A stretch of DNA of 64,000 nt from Massalongia carnosa. Taxonomy: Eukaryota. The translations under genes and the position numbers were made by a program. Shown piece after piece: positions 10,891 through 23,511 of the stretch. A model generated the notes under the pieces. That model did no database searches, was not told the origin of the DNA, and saw only the letters and a program-made list of their open reading frames with translations. The first letter of the stretch is position 1; every line of letters begins with the position of its first letter. Where the stretch lies: positions 2,604,001 through 2,668,000 of the forward strand of contig OZ287069.1 in assembly GCA_965645245.1 (NCBI GenBank), in the 5' to 3' direction.

Positions 10891-12429
10891 ATGCCTCTCG
10901 GAATCAACAACCCATTCCCCACTTCCATGAGCAGTGAGTGTAAGAAGGCGGGCAAAGTAAGCTTCAACTTCGGAATTGTTCGCGTGTGACGAGTTCTATG
11001 ACTGACACCACGACGTAAGGTTCTCGCATCTTTCGTAGATCCAAAACAAGCGTTCGGGCCAGACAAGATAATACCACCGCAAATATTGGCAAATGCAAAG
11101 GTGTGTGGGTTTGCTCCCGACGAGTACAGTCATACTCCTACTTCTCCCGCCATTCGCATGCTTTCCGTTGTATTTTTGGCAAGGGGGAGCTGTGTGCAAC
11201 TCAGCTTAACGTGGTTGTATTTTGGCAATGCTGATGATCTCATCCAGGGCCTTGCGATTCTTACAATATTCAAGGCCGGGTTTCTAGGCTCGGCCCGATT
11301 CGGATCTGGAGTAGTTGTTGCCCGGCTCTCGGATGGCACATGGTCTGCACCTTCAGCTATGGCGGTCGGAGGCGGTGGCTTTGGGGGACAAATAGGCTTC
11401 GAGCTGACCGACTTTGTGTTCATTCTCAACGATGCGGCAGCCGTCCGAACATTTTCGCAAAAGGGTTCGCTGACGTTAGGAGGCAATGTATCCATTGCTG
11501 CGGGTCCTGTGGGAAGGAATGCGGAGGCTGCGGGGGCTGCGAGTATGAAAGGGGTCGCGGGGATATTCTCGTATTCGAAAACCAAAGGATTGTTCGCAGG
11601 CGTCAGTCTAGAAGGGAGCGTGTTGTTTGAACGAAGAGATGCAAACGAGAAACTCTACAATAGCCGCATCACCGCAAGACAGTTACTAGAGGGTGGGGTG
11701 CGGCCGCCACCAGCAGCGGAGCCGCTGATGCGGGTCCTGAACTCCAAAGCCTTCACTGGCGTGGCCCCGCACGCTCGTGATTCGATGTACAACGACATTC
11801 CCATCTACGACGATAGTCATGATATCGTTGTCTGGGAAGGTCGCCAGGGGCAAGGCTATCAAGAAGGCTTGCGCACCAACCGAACCGGCACAAGTATCGC
11901 TTCCCCTACCAGTGAGTACGAATATCACGACCGCCCTCGACGTGCAACCACATGGGCCGATGATGCCTTCGACCGCTCATCGGGCGGCGGCGGAGGCCCC
12001 CACCCCAGCCGCTCCCTCACTACACGCGCCAACCCAAATGAAACATTTGATCGGCTCGGAGCGGGGGGCCGGAACCGAGGCAGCACAGTCAGCGACGATT
12101 ACTCTTTCCGGGACCAGAAGCCTGGCCGACCGACGGCGCCGAAGCCCAAGTTCACGCCGAAACCCAGCGCGGCAACGCTTGGCAAGGATCAGGCTATTGC
12201 GCTTTTCACGTTCGACGCGGACCAGCCTGGGGATCTAGCGTTCAAGAAGGGCGAGGTGATTACAATTACAAAACGCACAGAAAAGGTGACGGATTGGTGG
12301 ACGGGGAGAATTGGCGACCGGACGGGGATTTTTCCGAGGTAGGGATTCTCCTTCTTTGATCTTGCTCCATTCCAGAGGATGAGAGAGAAGCTGATGAAAA
12401 ATAACAGTAACTACGTTGAAGCTGTGTAG
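10891..12429 (+). CDS. YSC84: Ysc84/Lsb3-like actin-patch protein (SYLF/YAB domain plus C-terminal SH3), 4 exons
   Basis: MPLGINNPFP..., KAGFLGSARFGSGVVVARL, YSKTKGLFAGVSLEG, and SH3 ALFTFDADQPGDLAFKKGE...WWTG...GIFPSNYV. Introns ~10957-11019, 11101-11247 and 12339-12407. Confidence 0.93.
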
Positions 12430-13818
12430 TTATGTTTGAATTGGGGCTCTGAGATCCAGTCTGAGCAGGTCGTTCGTGTTACAGAGATATTTGGAAGCTC
12501 AATCTTCGGTTTCCAGCTTGTGGTTTGAGAGGGACAAGTAAGGAAACGTCACGGTCCGAAAGATGTCTAATATGGGAAGGTGTTTGGGCGTTTCGGAAAG
12601 CGCTGTCTAGGTTTTGTCTTTTCTTTCCCGTTGCCATTTCCACAAAGTCCTTCCTAGCCTTGAAACTTGTAGCGGTCGTCTGCTTCTCAATCCCCCGCTA
12701 GTTAGTCACTCACGACATACCTATTCTCCCCCACCCCCCAACAGCGCGTTGTCCCTCTTCTAGTTCCTTTCTTGTACGTGCGCAGATACCACTAGGATTT
12801 ATTTCCAAGAAGAACGATCTATCGAGGCAAAAGAGATTTTTTACCGCTCCCTTCTTGGCTTAAGCCGCAGTCGCGTGCAGCGATGTTCTATTCTTCTATC
12901 AATCATTCGGATGAGACTGACGAGACGGGATGGGATGGGATGGAGCGGAGTTGGATAAGATGAAATAAATGCCCTTTCCTTATCTCTCTTTCCCCTAATT
13001 TGTCCCGTAGCTAAAGACTGAGAAAGGGACGAAGAAGAGCCGGGGCCTGACTACCTATCTCTCTACCTACCTGACCAATTCCAAGAAAGGAAGAACCTTC
13101 ATTCGTTCGTCCATTCATCCATTCCTCTATCTTTCTTCCCCCCACCCATCCTCCAAATTCCCTACTTCTCCCGCTTCCCGCTTCCCCAGCTATCCATCTC
13201 TAGCTCACCTCTTCCCCCAAACCCCCCAAACCAAACATGAAGAACCAATTTCCCCCCAATTCCCTCAAGTATCTGTTTCTTATTGCTGAGAGCAAGCAAC
13301 CCAACCGAACCGAATTCGGCTATCAGCGAAGAATGGTACTTACCTGATTAGCTGTGGGAACCGGGGAGGGGCAGAGGGTTGGGGAGGATGGATGGATTGA
13401 TGGTTTGGTTTGAACAGGAACTGTCGAGGAATAAAGGGGTGGATAAATAGATTACCTAGATACCAAGATAGGTAGATGGTTTTTTTGGGCGGGTCCCCCT
13501 CAAGGTTGTCTACATACTACCTAGGTACATTTTCCAGAAAGAAATGGAAAAAAGAAGCAAAGGTAGGGGGTACCTACAGTACTAACCTCCTCATCCTCTA
13601 TATGGACCAAATCTACCGAAGAAAAAAACACCAACACTAAGATTCCGGCCCTCTATGCCAACGGACCTTGACAGGACTCTTCGTCGTAGCGCGCAAGTAT
13701 CCAACCACCAAGAAGGGGCAAAGAAAATACGCACATTAATTCGAGGGCCTCTTTTTTAGGGAGGGAAAAAAAACCTCACTGCCCCTGCAAGAAAATGTCC
13801 CACCCATAAACATCCGAC

Positions 13819-15476
13819 TCACCTTCTCGTTCTCCCTACGACCGTCACCACCCCCTCTGTAACCTCCACTTTCCACCCCTCCTTCAACAACATCGCCCCC
13901 ACGGCCGGCCCTAGCTTCCCCTTCCCACCCAGGCTGTGCTTCCCTACCCCCGTCACGATCCTCAGCCCAGGCCCCATAACTTTCCCTTCCCTCGCCCACT
14001 CGCTCCCGCCTTCCAGGCCCCACCACTGCTGCACGCGCTCCCGCGCGATGCGCACTCCCTCCTGGACGTTCACGCCGTGCAAGTCCACCTCGCCAGCTCG
14101 CGACTGCGACACCACCAGCGCCTCGGCCACGGCCGCTTCATAGCGCTTCAGCGCGGCGGAGGCGTCCCGACCGACTGCGCTGTAATAGCTTGCTGCGCCG
14201 CCCATCAAGGGAGTGGATTTGGCTTTGCGGTGAGCGGCGCTAGCTTGAGTGAATGCGGCTGAGCGGGCGGAGGTGAGGTAGCTGACTGTCGACATGGGAA
14301 GGGGGTATTGTGATGGATGGGGACGGATTGGTGGGGCTTGGGGTGATTTGGGCCGAGGGCGGTAATGCGGGGTGATTTTTAAGGGGGTGGCGGATGGATT
14401 GCTCTCGAGGACCCGAGCAAGTTCATGAGCCCAGACTGTCGAGGGATGGGTTAGGCGAATGAGAGCGGTGGCTTGGGAAGATGAAAGGGCGGAGAAATCG
14501 GATGCGAGTTCGGAGATATGAGCTTCGAGGACGGCGGGAGAGGCGGATGATAGGTAAGGATTACAGTCTTGGGAGGCGTAGAGAGTCGCTATGGTTGCCG
14601 GAAGAGAAGCGCCCGCTTTGTGGTACGCTGAAGTGACAGTTTCCCGCGAGACATGAGTTCGCTGTGATATGAACTCGATATCCTCCTTGGCGTGGTCCCA
14701 TCGGCTGCGTGGCTCTTGGGGGGCATTTTTAGCGTTGACAGCAAGAGAATTGGGCGTAGAGCTCGTACGACGGGTTTCTTTCTCTCTTTTGCGTCGGGCT
14801 TTGCGGCCTCGCGAATTGAACGGCTCGGCGAATGCGTCAATACCCTTCTTCAACGTAGGCTCGCCATTGCTGATTTCCTCCTCTTCAAAAAAGGCATGGT
14901 TGAGGAGCTCCTCGACCGCTCGTCCAAAGTTATAGCCTACCTTTTTCAAGACGAAGCTAACGTCAAAGGGCTTCATGGAAGGGAACATGACAACGAGCAC
15001 TGCGTTCTTTGCATCATTGGTTAGCTCCTCTAACTCCTCAGTATACTGTTCTCTTGGTTCATCATCAATTCTTTGCGCTTCACTGTCAACATCGTTATTT
15101 AGATTGAGCGATCGCAAAGAATGTGATATAGTGGTGAAATCCGTATCCTCTGACCGTAGCTCTCCTTGCCATGATTGCGCTCGCTCGGAAGGGTCTTGGC
15201 TGCTTGAACCCTCCTGTAATCCACTTGCGCCTGACGGGTCGAATGATGCATTGCCCTCGGCTGTCGCACTGTCCTTGAGGGTTTGCAGGGTAGCACGAAG
15301 CTCAGCAAGTGACTCGGAATCCGATATGTCGTAATCAGAAAATATTGCAAAAAAAAGGGCAGGATCTATGGGCGGACAAAACTCCTTCTAAAATACAATG
15401 CCAACCCGATCAGCAATAATCAAAAGAACTCAAGATTTTTATTCACCTCTAAATGTAGAATATTATCGTCATCCAT
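13819..15476 (-). CDS. CUE/UBA-like plus DUF1771-Smr domain protein (Cue2/N4BP2-like endonuclease family)
   Basis: C-terminal Smr motifs EVDLHGVNV and LRIVTGVGKHS. CUE-like LVVMFPS...AVEELLN. Short first exon MDDDNILHLE, then an intron, then KEFCPPIDPALF. Confidence 0.85.
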
Positions 15477-15770
15477 TTTCCAAAGTTGAAAATAGATTAT
15501 GTATGCTAGCAAAAGAGGGGGAAATCATACCGAAAAGATGTAGATCGTCACTATGTACAATAGGGTCTGAAGGTATCAACAACGCCTGTGGCGAACTTGG
15601 TTGTTCAGACAATAATACGCGCACTAACTACGAGACGCGTTTTGGATCGTCTCTTGACGCTCTAAGCCTATGATTTACGGTTCAGAGTACAGAGTACTGG
15701 ACCATACAAGTCTTTTGAAACCACGTAGGTATTACTGAAGAACGACAAGTTAGTATTTCTTCCTAGCTTC

Positions 15771-17403
15771 ATGGATATGTTAACCACGGAGCTTTTGAGA
15801 ACCTATCAAGTTCCTGATCAGAACGTCCAAGCCTTTCTCATAAAGGTTCCCCAATCACTTACCTATATACTTACACTCCCAATAGGCCGGCTCAGCGTTT
15901 CAGAGCGATCCTTCCATGTCTCACTAGACCATTCTTTGGCCAAGTATGGAACCCTCCGCCTTTTTGCAAGAAGCGTTAAACGCTTCGAAAAGCCAGTAGA
16001 CGCCGGCAAGAAAGAAACCAAGCAGTTGCCATGGTGTACGTTTTGTAACCTATTCTTCGAAGCCAAATCTGTCTAAATTGGGGTAAACCTAGTGTTATAT
16101 TTAAAGGGTAGGTAAACTACCATCATCGGAACTACCAAGGAATACACTTTTTGATTCTATAGGTGGCCCCGGTAAATCATGTAGGCCTCCTCAAAATTAC
16201 CCTTGGATCAACACGGTCTTAGATAAGGGGTATCAGGTTCGTGCTTGAAGTATGATCCGAACCCTGCTACTCATATTGCATGGCAGATATTATTTTTGGA
16301 CCAAAGGGGTAATTCAGCCTTCATTCTCCAAGAGGAAGCTACCTAGCATCACTAAGAAGTTTTCTGTGAGAAGGCACAGGCTTAAGCAGCACCCTGACCG
16401 CCAAAACCCTTGCCAGGGAGGGCGGACCTGCGGCACAAGCAGTATACTTCAGGCATTTCCGTGCTGATAGCATTGGCAGGTTTACCCAAGACACGTGAAG
16501 TTTGGTGGTTGATTGAGCTAAGAGCGTGCCAGTGCGAGACTGCGAAATCATCCGCAAAAGTCTGACAGCCGACTATCCAGAAGAACAGCAGAAATGGTCT
16601 CTCCTAGGACAAAGTTTTGGCGGTTTTGCTAACCAAGGGAGTTGCAGGCTACATTGACGTTGTGCATGGTAAGAAACAATTTGAGTCCCATTGTCCCTCT
16701 TACTAACAAGCTCCTTGGTATGATTTTTCGCTTAGCTAGCGATTTAGAACAATTTGGCTGGTTTACTCGCCCTATACTTTCTGACTTCGGGTCTTTATCT
16801 CCATTTGATACAGCGCCTCTATATGCCTTAGTGCATGAACTTTGTTATCTCCAAGGGTGAGAAGGGTTTATGAGTAATTTTTCCTGAAAGCTGTGCTAAA
16901 TGTTTCTGCAGAGCTGCGTCTTGGTGGTCTGCCGATCGAGTAATAAGAAATTTTCCAAATTTATGGACAAGAGCGCAGATAGTGAGGAACCGATTTTATT
17001 CACCGGTGAGATGGTAAAGCACCGAAATCTTCCCTGCAAATATTCCCTAGATGAACTATCTACCTCCTAGAATTTTGTATCTTACATCTGAATTTGCCAC
17101 AGATCTTCAAGGATGTTTGATGACTATGATGAGCTCTCTCAGCTCAAAGATACAGCCGACATGCTTGCTAATTTCGACGGCTGGCCGGATCTGTATGACG
17201 AGGAAAAGCTTGTCAAGAACGAGGTACCAGTATACTAGTCTATTTACTTCGATGACATGCACTTTGACTTTGCACGAGATACAGCAACCAAGATCAAGAA
17301 CTGCAGGTATTTCGTCACCAATACTTTGTATCATAATGCTCTTGGTGAGAAGAGCAACGTACTCATGAAGCAATTTTTTGCGCTGAGTTATGATGTTATT
17401 GAC
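15771..17403 (+). pseudogene. Proline iminopeptidase (peptidase S33, PapA-like) with internal deletion and LINE insertion at its 3' end
   Basis: GGPG, LFLDQRG, HFRADSIVRDCE, nucleophile motif LGQSFGGF, FTGEM, WPDLYDE, YFDDM and YHNAL. The segment that normally follows GQSFGGF is missing. The native stop codon is displaced to 22607-22609. Confidence 0.82.
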
Positions 17404-17523
17404 GACGCTTCCCAAGCTTATATAACCCAAAGTGTCGAGTTTTAAAAATGTATTAGTATATAAAATTTTATCAACAAAATATCTACGAAAACCGTGGGGA
17501 TAATCACCGAGCGAAGGAACAAC

Positions 17524-19005
17524 ATGAACGCTGAATTCGAAGAATCGTTCGTGGTCGCGCACACGCAGCAGAGAGATTATCTGCTGGACAAGATAAATGA
17601 TTATCTTGTAAGAATAGGAGATGAGGGTGAACCGGAGGGGACCATGGTCCTGCAGGAAGTGAAAAATTTTCTCGAAAATCAGAGAAATTTCGACAACGAC
17701 AACGACGATGACAAGACGTCGAAGACTCTAAACGTCACGTTAACAGAAATCCAGAAAAGCCTTGCTCGCATCGAAGGAGCAAAAGCAGTCACAACAAACT
17801 CGGATAACTACGCAGCCGCTGCCACCATAGGCCAGGCCGCTCAAGCCCCACCGGTCCCACGTCGCACGAAGCCAACTGCACACTTAAAGCACACCGAGCC
17901 CTCGCCTCAAGAGATTCGAAAGGCCAGGGAAATAACCATCGTCGTCCCGAACACAATAGACAAAGAAAAACTAAAGAACGTGACAACAAAAGATCTCGTG
18001 GAGACACTACAACGTGAGACGAAGGGGATTCGGGGAATATCACGTCTCATGAGCGGAGATCTCAAGATTCATACCGAATCTTTAGAGGCCAAAAAGCTCC
18101 TACAAGAGAAACCGGAGTGGGTTCAAATTGTAGCCGAATCAGCCGCGATAAAGACACGAACGTACTCTATCAGGGTAAATGGTGTCAAGGTCGAAAATAT
18201 CAAAACCGCCAACCAATCGCAGGCTATAGAGTACCTACAGGCCGCTAACGCACGTCTGCACCCGAACCTGAAGATCAAGAAAATAGCCTGGTCCGTCAAA
18301 GCTATAAGGGAAAAAAAGACGTATTCTACGCTACATATGGAAGTCGCAACCGCCGAAACGGCCAACCGGATCATAGCCGAAGGCCTTGTGGTCGACTATG
18401 AAATCAAAGATTGTGAAAGGTTCACCAAGGGATGTACCATGACGCAATGCTTCAACTGTCACAAATACGGTCACATAGGTCGCTCATTTCCAAATCCTAC
18501 CGCCTGTGGCCACTGCGCCGGGGACCATCCCAGCACCGAATGCAACATGGAAACGACGGGTAGATACCGAAGATGTGCTGCATGCAGTGAAAAAGGCCAT
18601 GAAGCCTGGTCCACATCCTGCGAAATCAGGAAATCGGAAAAACGCAAAGCAGACAAGGCTATGCAAAATCGGGTTCCGTTTTATCCAGTCGCTGTCCCAA
18701 CACCAACAGTGTTTAGATTTCAAGAGGAAACAACAGTCATAAATTCAACCGATACAAGCAGCAAAAAACGAAAGACCGCACCCCCACCAGGTTCACCGCC
18801 GATTCCCCCTAAAATCGGAATCACATGGGCGGACACGGGCATCATGAATCCAGAGAACATGACAAAAGCTCTTGCAAAACCAGTTGTAGGCAGACCCCCA
18901 ATCAGGCCGCGAGACGAGTCTACAGCTCCGATTACGCCTAGCTCCAACGCATCAATCAGCGCCGTTTCCTCGACTTCTCAGGTCGAAATCATGGACGTCT
19001 TATGA
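17524..19005 (+). CDS. LINE ORF1 (gag-like, three zinc knuckles)
   Basis: CFNCHKYGH, CGHCAGDH...C and CAAC...GH...C. The stop overlaps the ORF2 ATG (ATGA at 19002-19005). Confidence 0.9.
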   Translation: MNAEFEESFVVAHTQQRDYLLDKINDYLVRIGDEGEPEGTMVLQEVKNFLENQRNFDNDNDDDKTSKTLNVTLTEIQKSLARIEGAKAVTTNSDNYAAAATIGQAAQAPPVPRRTKPTAHLKHTEPSPQEIRKAREITIVVPNTIDKEKLKNVTTKDLVETLQRETKGIRGISRLMSGDLKIHTESLEAKKLLQEKPEWVQIVAESAAIKTRTYSIRVNGVKVENIKTANQSQAIEYLQAANARLHPNLKIKKIAWSVKAIREKKTYSTLHMEVATAETANRIIAEGLVVDYEIKDCERFTKGCTMTQCFNCHKYGHIGRSFPNPTACGHCAGDHPSTECNMETTGRYRRCAACSEKGHEAWSTSCEIRKSEKRKADKAMQNRVPFYPVAVPTPTVFRFQEETTVINSTDTSSKKRKTAPPPGSPPIPPKIGITWADTGIMNPENMTKALAKPVVGRPPIRPRDESTAPITPSSNASISAVSSTSQVEIMDVL

Positions 19006-22000
19006 GGGATAAAAATTCCCTCTCTATATTGCAGTATAATGTCAGAAATGACAGAGTAAGTACTATGCTACCTCTCTTAGCAGACCCGAACACTCAGGAC
19101 TACGATATCATTGCTATTCAAGAACCCTGGCGTAATCCCTCAGCTCTCACCACATTAAGTCCTCATCAAAGCGGCTTTCACCTACTATACCGCCCGAGCG
19201 GAGAAACAAGAGTATGTTTCTATATTAGTGACTCAATTGACCCTGATAGCTAGGAAGTAAAATTTCCATCACCCGACATGTGCACGCTAATAATTCGCAC
19301 AAAAATTGGAGAAACGTCAGAAGTAATTCATATTCACAACGTGTACAACCCTTCTCCCGCCTCTTACTCCTCCGTAGACTGTCCGTCCACTCTACCAACC
19401 GTGAAACGTCAATTAACGGCAGGCGTAAAACACGTCTTATTAGGGGATTTCAATTTACATCATCCTCTTTGGAACGACTCAACGAGAACAACTCAACATG
19501 CGAGTGCAGATCAGCTGTTAGACGTGATTGAAGAAGCTAACCTTTCACTGACATTACCAAAAGGCACCATGACCTGGGAGGCAAGACAATCGTTCAGCAC
19601 TATCGATCTTGTATTCATGTCGGACGACCTAGTCGCGAGACTAGAACATTGCATGTCAAGACCTGAACTTAATCAATCGTCCGATCACATATCAATCTCA
19701 ACTCGAATAACGCTTAACAGTGAGCCTCAAACAATTGTTGAACGCAAGGCCTAGAAGCGGGTAAACATGGAAAAATTGAGGGAAGCCGAAAAACGGGCTC
19801 CCCTTCCGTTCTCTCCCCGATCTCCGGACGAAATCGAAGCCTACACGATAACGATTCAAGAATTCCTTCAAGAAGTCATAAACGCTACTGTACCATGGGC
19901 AAGACCCAGTAAGTACGCCAAGCCCTTTTGGAATGATGAATGCAGTGTAATCACGAAAGAAACTCGCAGGCTTAGACGCGCCTGGACGAACTCCAGAGAT
20001 CTTTCAGATTGGATAACGTACACGAAGTCTAATCATTCAAAAAGCCAAGAGACTGTCGTTCCGCAAGGAAATAGAAAAAGCTACTGAATCGCCTATGGAA
20101 TTATGGCGGCTGGCTAAGTGGGCGAAGGACAAAAGTGAGAAGCCAAGAGAAATTCCAAAAATGCCTAGCCTCACCCGAGACGATCAAATAGCTTCCACGT
20201 TCGAGGAAAAAACGGAGATGCTGAAACAGAAATTCTTTCCACCTGCACCTCCTGCCGATCTCAGCGACATAGAGGGCTCCTTTTATCCTAGTCCTCCTCA
20301 CTGTCCCACAATCGTAACCAGATCGGAAGTAACAGAATCGATACGCCGACTCAAGCCCGACACGGCCCCTGGTCCGGACGGAATAACCAACAGAATTGTA
20401 AAGGCGTGCTCCGAAAAGCTGTCCGATTTACTAACTCCTTTGTTTCAAGCATGCATAGATCAGGCGTATCATCCACGCGCGTTCAAGACCGCAAACACAA
20501 TCACACTGGAAAAGATAGACAAAGATGATTATACGGCTCCGAACGCCTATCGTCCTATAACACTCCTGAACACGCTTGGCAAGGTTATGGAATCCATCAT
20601 GTCCAAGAAAATCACCTACATAGCGGAAACACACCGACTTCTACCCGATACCCAGATGGGTGCCAGAAGAGGAAGATCAACAGAAACTGCACTGGAATTG
20701 TTAACGGAACAAATCCACACAGTATGGGGACAAGGCAACGACAAAGTAGCCACTCTGTTGAGCATGGACGTAGCAGGAGCTTATGATACAGTGTCACATA
20801 GACGTTTAATCCATAACCTGCGCAAACGGAAAATCCCAAAATGGATTACTGACTGGGTAGACAGTTTTTTAAACGAACGAAGTACCACGCTAGCAATACA
20901 TAGCCGAGTCACAGACATATTCGAAGTAAGAACCGGAATACCACAAGGCTCTCCTATTTCTCCTATCCTCTATCTTTTCTATAATGCAGACCTACTAGAC
21001 ATATGTCAAAGACCCGGAACCAACACGAGCGCCATAGGTTTCGTAGATGACATAAACGTGTTAGCATATGGGAAAAGCACGGAAGAAAATTGCAAAACGT
21101 TGGAGGAAATTCACAAGAAATGCGAAAGATGGGCCATTCGGCACGGATCGGTTTTTGCACCGAAAAAGTACGAACTAATACACTTGTCAAGAAATCCGAA
21201 GAAATTTAACATGACTGCTGTTGTTAAGATAGAAAACAGCATCATTAAACCAAAAACAGACATTAGAATCTTGGGACTCCGAATCGACACCAAATTGAAA
21301 TGGGGTCCACATATCAGAAAGATTCAGGAAAAACTGACAAAACAATCCAGGGCACTGACAAAAATTTCTACCTCCACATGGGGCGCCACCTTTCCAAAAG
21401 CCCGCCAGATATACACCGCTGTAGTTCGCCCGGCCATAACGTATGGTTCTACTATATGGCACATGCCAAAGGATATAAAAAAAATCGAACGGCATCTCAA
21501 ACAAGCTAGCCGTCATACAGAATAAATGCTTACGAACTATAGCTGGAGCATTTAAGGCGACCCCAATAGCGGTATTGGAAGCAGAAACGTACATAGCTCC
21601 TATTGACATACATCTAGATCAACTTCAGACGCAGGCTAGACATCGCTTGTGTCAGGGAGGTCAAAAGAAATTCATCATCAATGCATGCAACTCTATTGCA
21701 AACAAACTCAGAGGCCGGGCTGGACGCAAACGAGCTCCTGCGAGTACCCCGGGAATGCTGAAACACGCATGGGCCAAGAAAATAATATCGGACACATAAA
21801 ATCGCGTCGCCGGTAGCGCACCCACCATGGGCCGAACCCCCCCCGAATACAGCTCGAGAAATTGAAGAGGCGCGGGCGGCTCAAGGTAAAATAACCGCAA
21901 AAATAAAAAAACGATATATAGACGCATGGCAGACCTCATGGAAAACATATCAGAATCGCACATCTACGCCTACTCCAGCACAGGCAGCCCCACTAACCAA

Positions 22001-22343
22001 AAAACGCATCAAATTACACAAAACTCTAGCCAAAGCAGAAAGCGCTCTAACTATCCAGATACGCTTAGAAAAGATAGGCCTAGCCGACTTTCTATTTAGA
22101 CGTCACGTCCCCGACGTCCTAACACCAAACTGTCCATGTGGCTGGCCGAAACAAACCGCGAAACATGTAATCATGTTTTGCAAACTTAACAGCAACAGAC
22201 AGTCAATGTTACGTTCTATAGGCACAAACAACTATCGACTAATTACCGACTCATCCAGAGCGATGAAACTAGTCACCGCTTGGTTAATGAAGACCGGCTT
22301 ACTGACTCAGTTCTCAATGACAGCACAGCATTTATATCATTGA
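19002..22343 (+). pseudogene. LINE ORF2 (APE endonuclease, RT, CCHC), disrupted
   Basis: ILQYNV, IAIQEPW, LLGDFNLHH, TIDLVF, SDH; RT motifs GIPQGSPISP and FVDD; CPCG...HVIMFC. TAG stops at 19251 and 19752, frameshifts near 20033 and 21480. Confidence 0.92.
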
Positions 22344-22565
22344 CAACCACACGTCAAGTCGCTAAAAGGCGACTTTCCTTTCCTTTAACCTGTCACCGGT
22401 CAACTGTTCTTCAGATAGATCCCTCGACCGAGACTCGAAAAGTATTCGGAGAGATGTCGGATTACTTGGTTTTTCTTCCTTGAAAGGTTTTCCATGTATT
22501 ATATAATTCCATAGATTTGCCCGCATGGGCCGGCCTTCGGCCGGTACCACATCGGAATAAGAATT

Positions 22566-22597
<32 letters not shown>

Positions 22598-23130
22598 GTT
22601 ATTGACTAACTTGGCTGAGTGGGTTTTCAGTGAAGGGATAGCTGAGATGAGGAGATGGATTCAAAGCAAGGTGCCGAACACGTGGATCCTGGATCGCCCA
22701 GATGAGCGAGTTTTGATTGCTTCTTATTGTCATTAGCGATGCTGGGTGACTGTCGCCTCACCGCTTTGATCGGATTGATTACTGTAAAGCAGACCTTTGC
22801 ATTAGAATAATGTTCTGGCATACATTTGAAGCGTTTTTCCATGAAATGGGTCGGTTTCGTCCCCCATTTGACTGAGCCATAATCGTCACATTAACATATT
22901 ACACTTGGCTATGATTATGCTTCAGCTCTGATACTCATGGCCCCGTGCTTAAACCTAATATCGTGTGGGGCACGGATAGTAAATAAATAACACCTACCTG
23001 AACAGCACTTTAACATTATAAATTTCTTGAATAAAACATTATGAGAGGCATTGAAATTGAGGTTCCTGATCAATCTGATGTCTTGCCTCCCTCGGTGCTG
23101 AAAGAACAGGCCAAAAAAAATTAACCCAGC

Positions 23131-23511
23131 GTGCAAAGTATTATTGACTCCATTCCTCCCCCTTCTTCAAGATATTCTCCAGTGTCTGTCTCATTTCGTC
23201 CACCTCAGGCAGACGAGATGCTGCGCTTGAGAACTCAGACTCCTTTCAGTCTATTCTCCCTCTTCTTTTTAGCTCTGAACTTCTTGAAATCATGGCCCAG
23301 AACACGAATCTAAAAGCGAGTAAGGAGTACTCCACCAACAACTTCAAGCATCGAAGTCTTTGGCACAGCACCTCTGCTGCTGAAATAGGTGTTTTTCTTG
23401 AAATACTATTATACATGGGCTACACGCTAATGCCTCGTACGACTGATTACTGGATAACGGACCCTAAGTTTGCTATTCATGAATTGGTTTTTCAGAGTAT
23501 GGCTCGTTGCC
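23131..23511 (+). mobile_element. piggyBac-like transposase 5' fragment, truncated by the MULE
   Basis: FSLFSLFF, IMAQNTN, W..TSAAEIGVFLEILLYMG...DYW and MARCR parallel the N-terminal part of the piggyBac transposase at 8870-9150. Confidence 0.78.

Larger units (their letters stand above)
17404..22595 (+). mobile_element. Full-length Tad-clade LINE with (ATC)10 tail and ~11-bp TSD
   Basis: TSD ATGTTATTGAC at 17393-17403 and 22596-22606. ORF1, then ORF2 (APE-RT-zinc finger), then (ATC)10 at 22566-22595. Confidence 0.95.

Noticed and set aside
12430..13818. Low-complexity tracts (GGAT, TACC, purine and pyrimidine runs)
   Set aside because: Typical of the region between convergent fungal genes, with no defined structure.
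22963..22978. 16-bp exact match GTGTGGGGCACGGATA, also at 33587-33602
   Set aside because: About one 16-mer match is expected by chance in 64 kb over both strands, and the match does not extend.
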